Shown one piece after another: positions 63,874-64,000 of a stretch of 64,000 bases of DNA. Under the pieces are notes generated by a model. That model was not told the origin of the DNA. It was given only the letters and a program-made list of their open reading frames with translations, and did not search any database. The translations under genes were made by a program, and so were the position numbers. Source of the DNA: Octopus vulgaris (lineage: Eukaryota); the NCBI GenBank assembly GCA_951406725.2, contig OX597828.1, positions 3,038,001 through 3,102,000 of the forward strand, given 5' to 3'. The first letter of the stretch is position 1; every line of letters starts with the position of its first letter.

Positions 63874-64000
63874 TCACACATACATATACAAATCTACGCA
63901 CACACATACATACATACACGTATACGCATACACGCACATACACATATACATGCGTACCCATACACGTGCACACACGCACGCGCATCCATATATATACACA
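62600..64000. repeat. Long degenerate (TA)/(CA)/(TACA) low-complexity region
   Basis: Direct reading; accounts for all ORFs listed here. Confidence 0.9.

Overview
AT-rich, repeat-saturated eukaryotic DNA, most likely intronic or intergenic. The SINE families present suggest an octopus (inference from recalled repeat sequences, not from a search). No intact protein-coding gene is visible. Most ORF-track entries are microsatellite or SINE read-throughs; the rest are decayed transposon fragments (RTE, CR1, Tx1/L1 and Dong/R4 LINEs, Penelope-like RT and GIY-YIG, Tc1/mariner, hAT and MULE MITEs, a Helitron). One candidate 114-nt host exon lies on the minus strand at 46023-46136. The main signal is non-coding. 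About ten intact or near-intact type I hammerhead ribozyme (HHR) motifs, plus several decayed ones, can be read directly from the sequence, nearly all with a self-complementary stem III. The centrepiece is 30204-32392, where two unrelated retrozyme-like tandem arrays (about 360-nt and 445-nt monomers, one HHR per monomer, the first folded head-to-head) and a third HHR cassette are stacked inside one (TA)n tract. Other HHR-bearing or fold-back cassettes also sit in (TA)n tracts, and Penelope-like RT and endonuclease relics, the likely mobilising partners, are in the same window.
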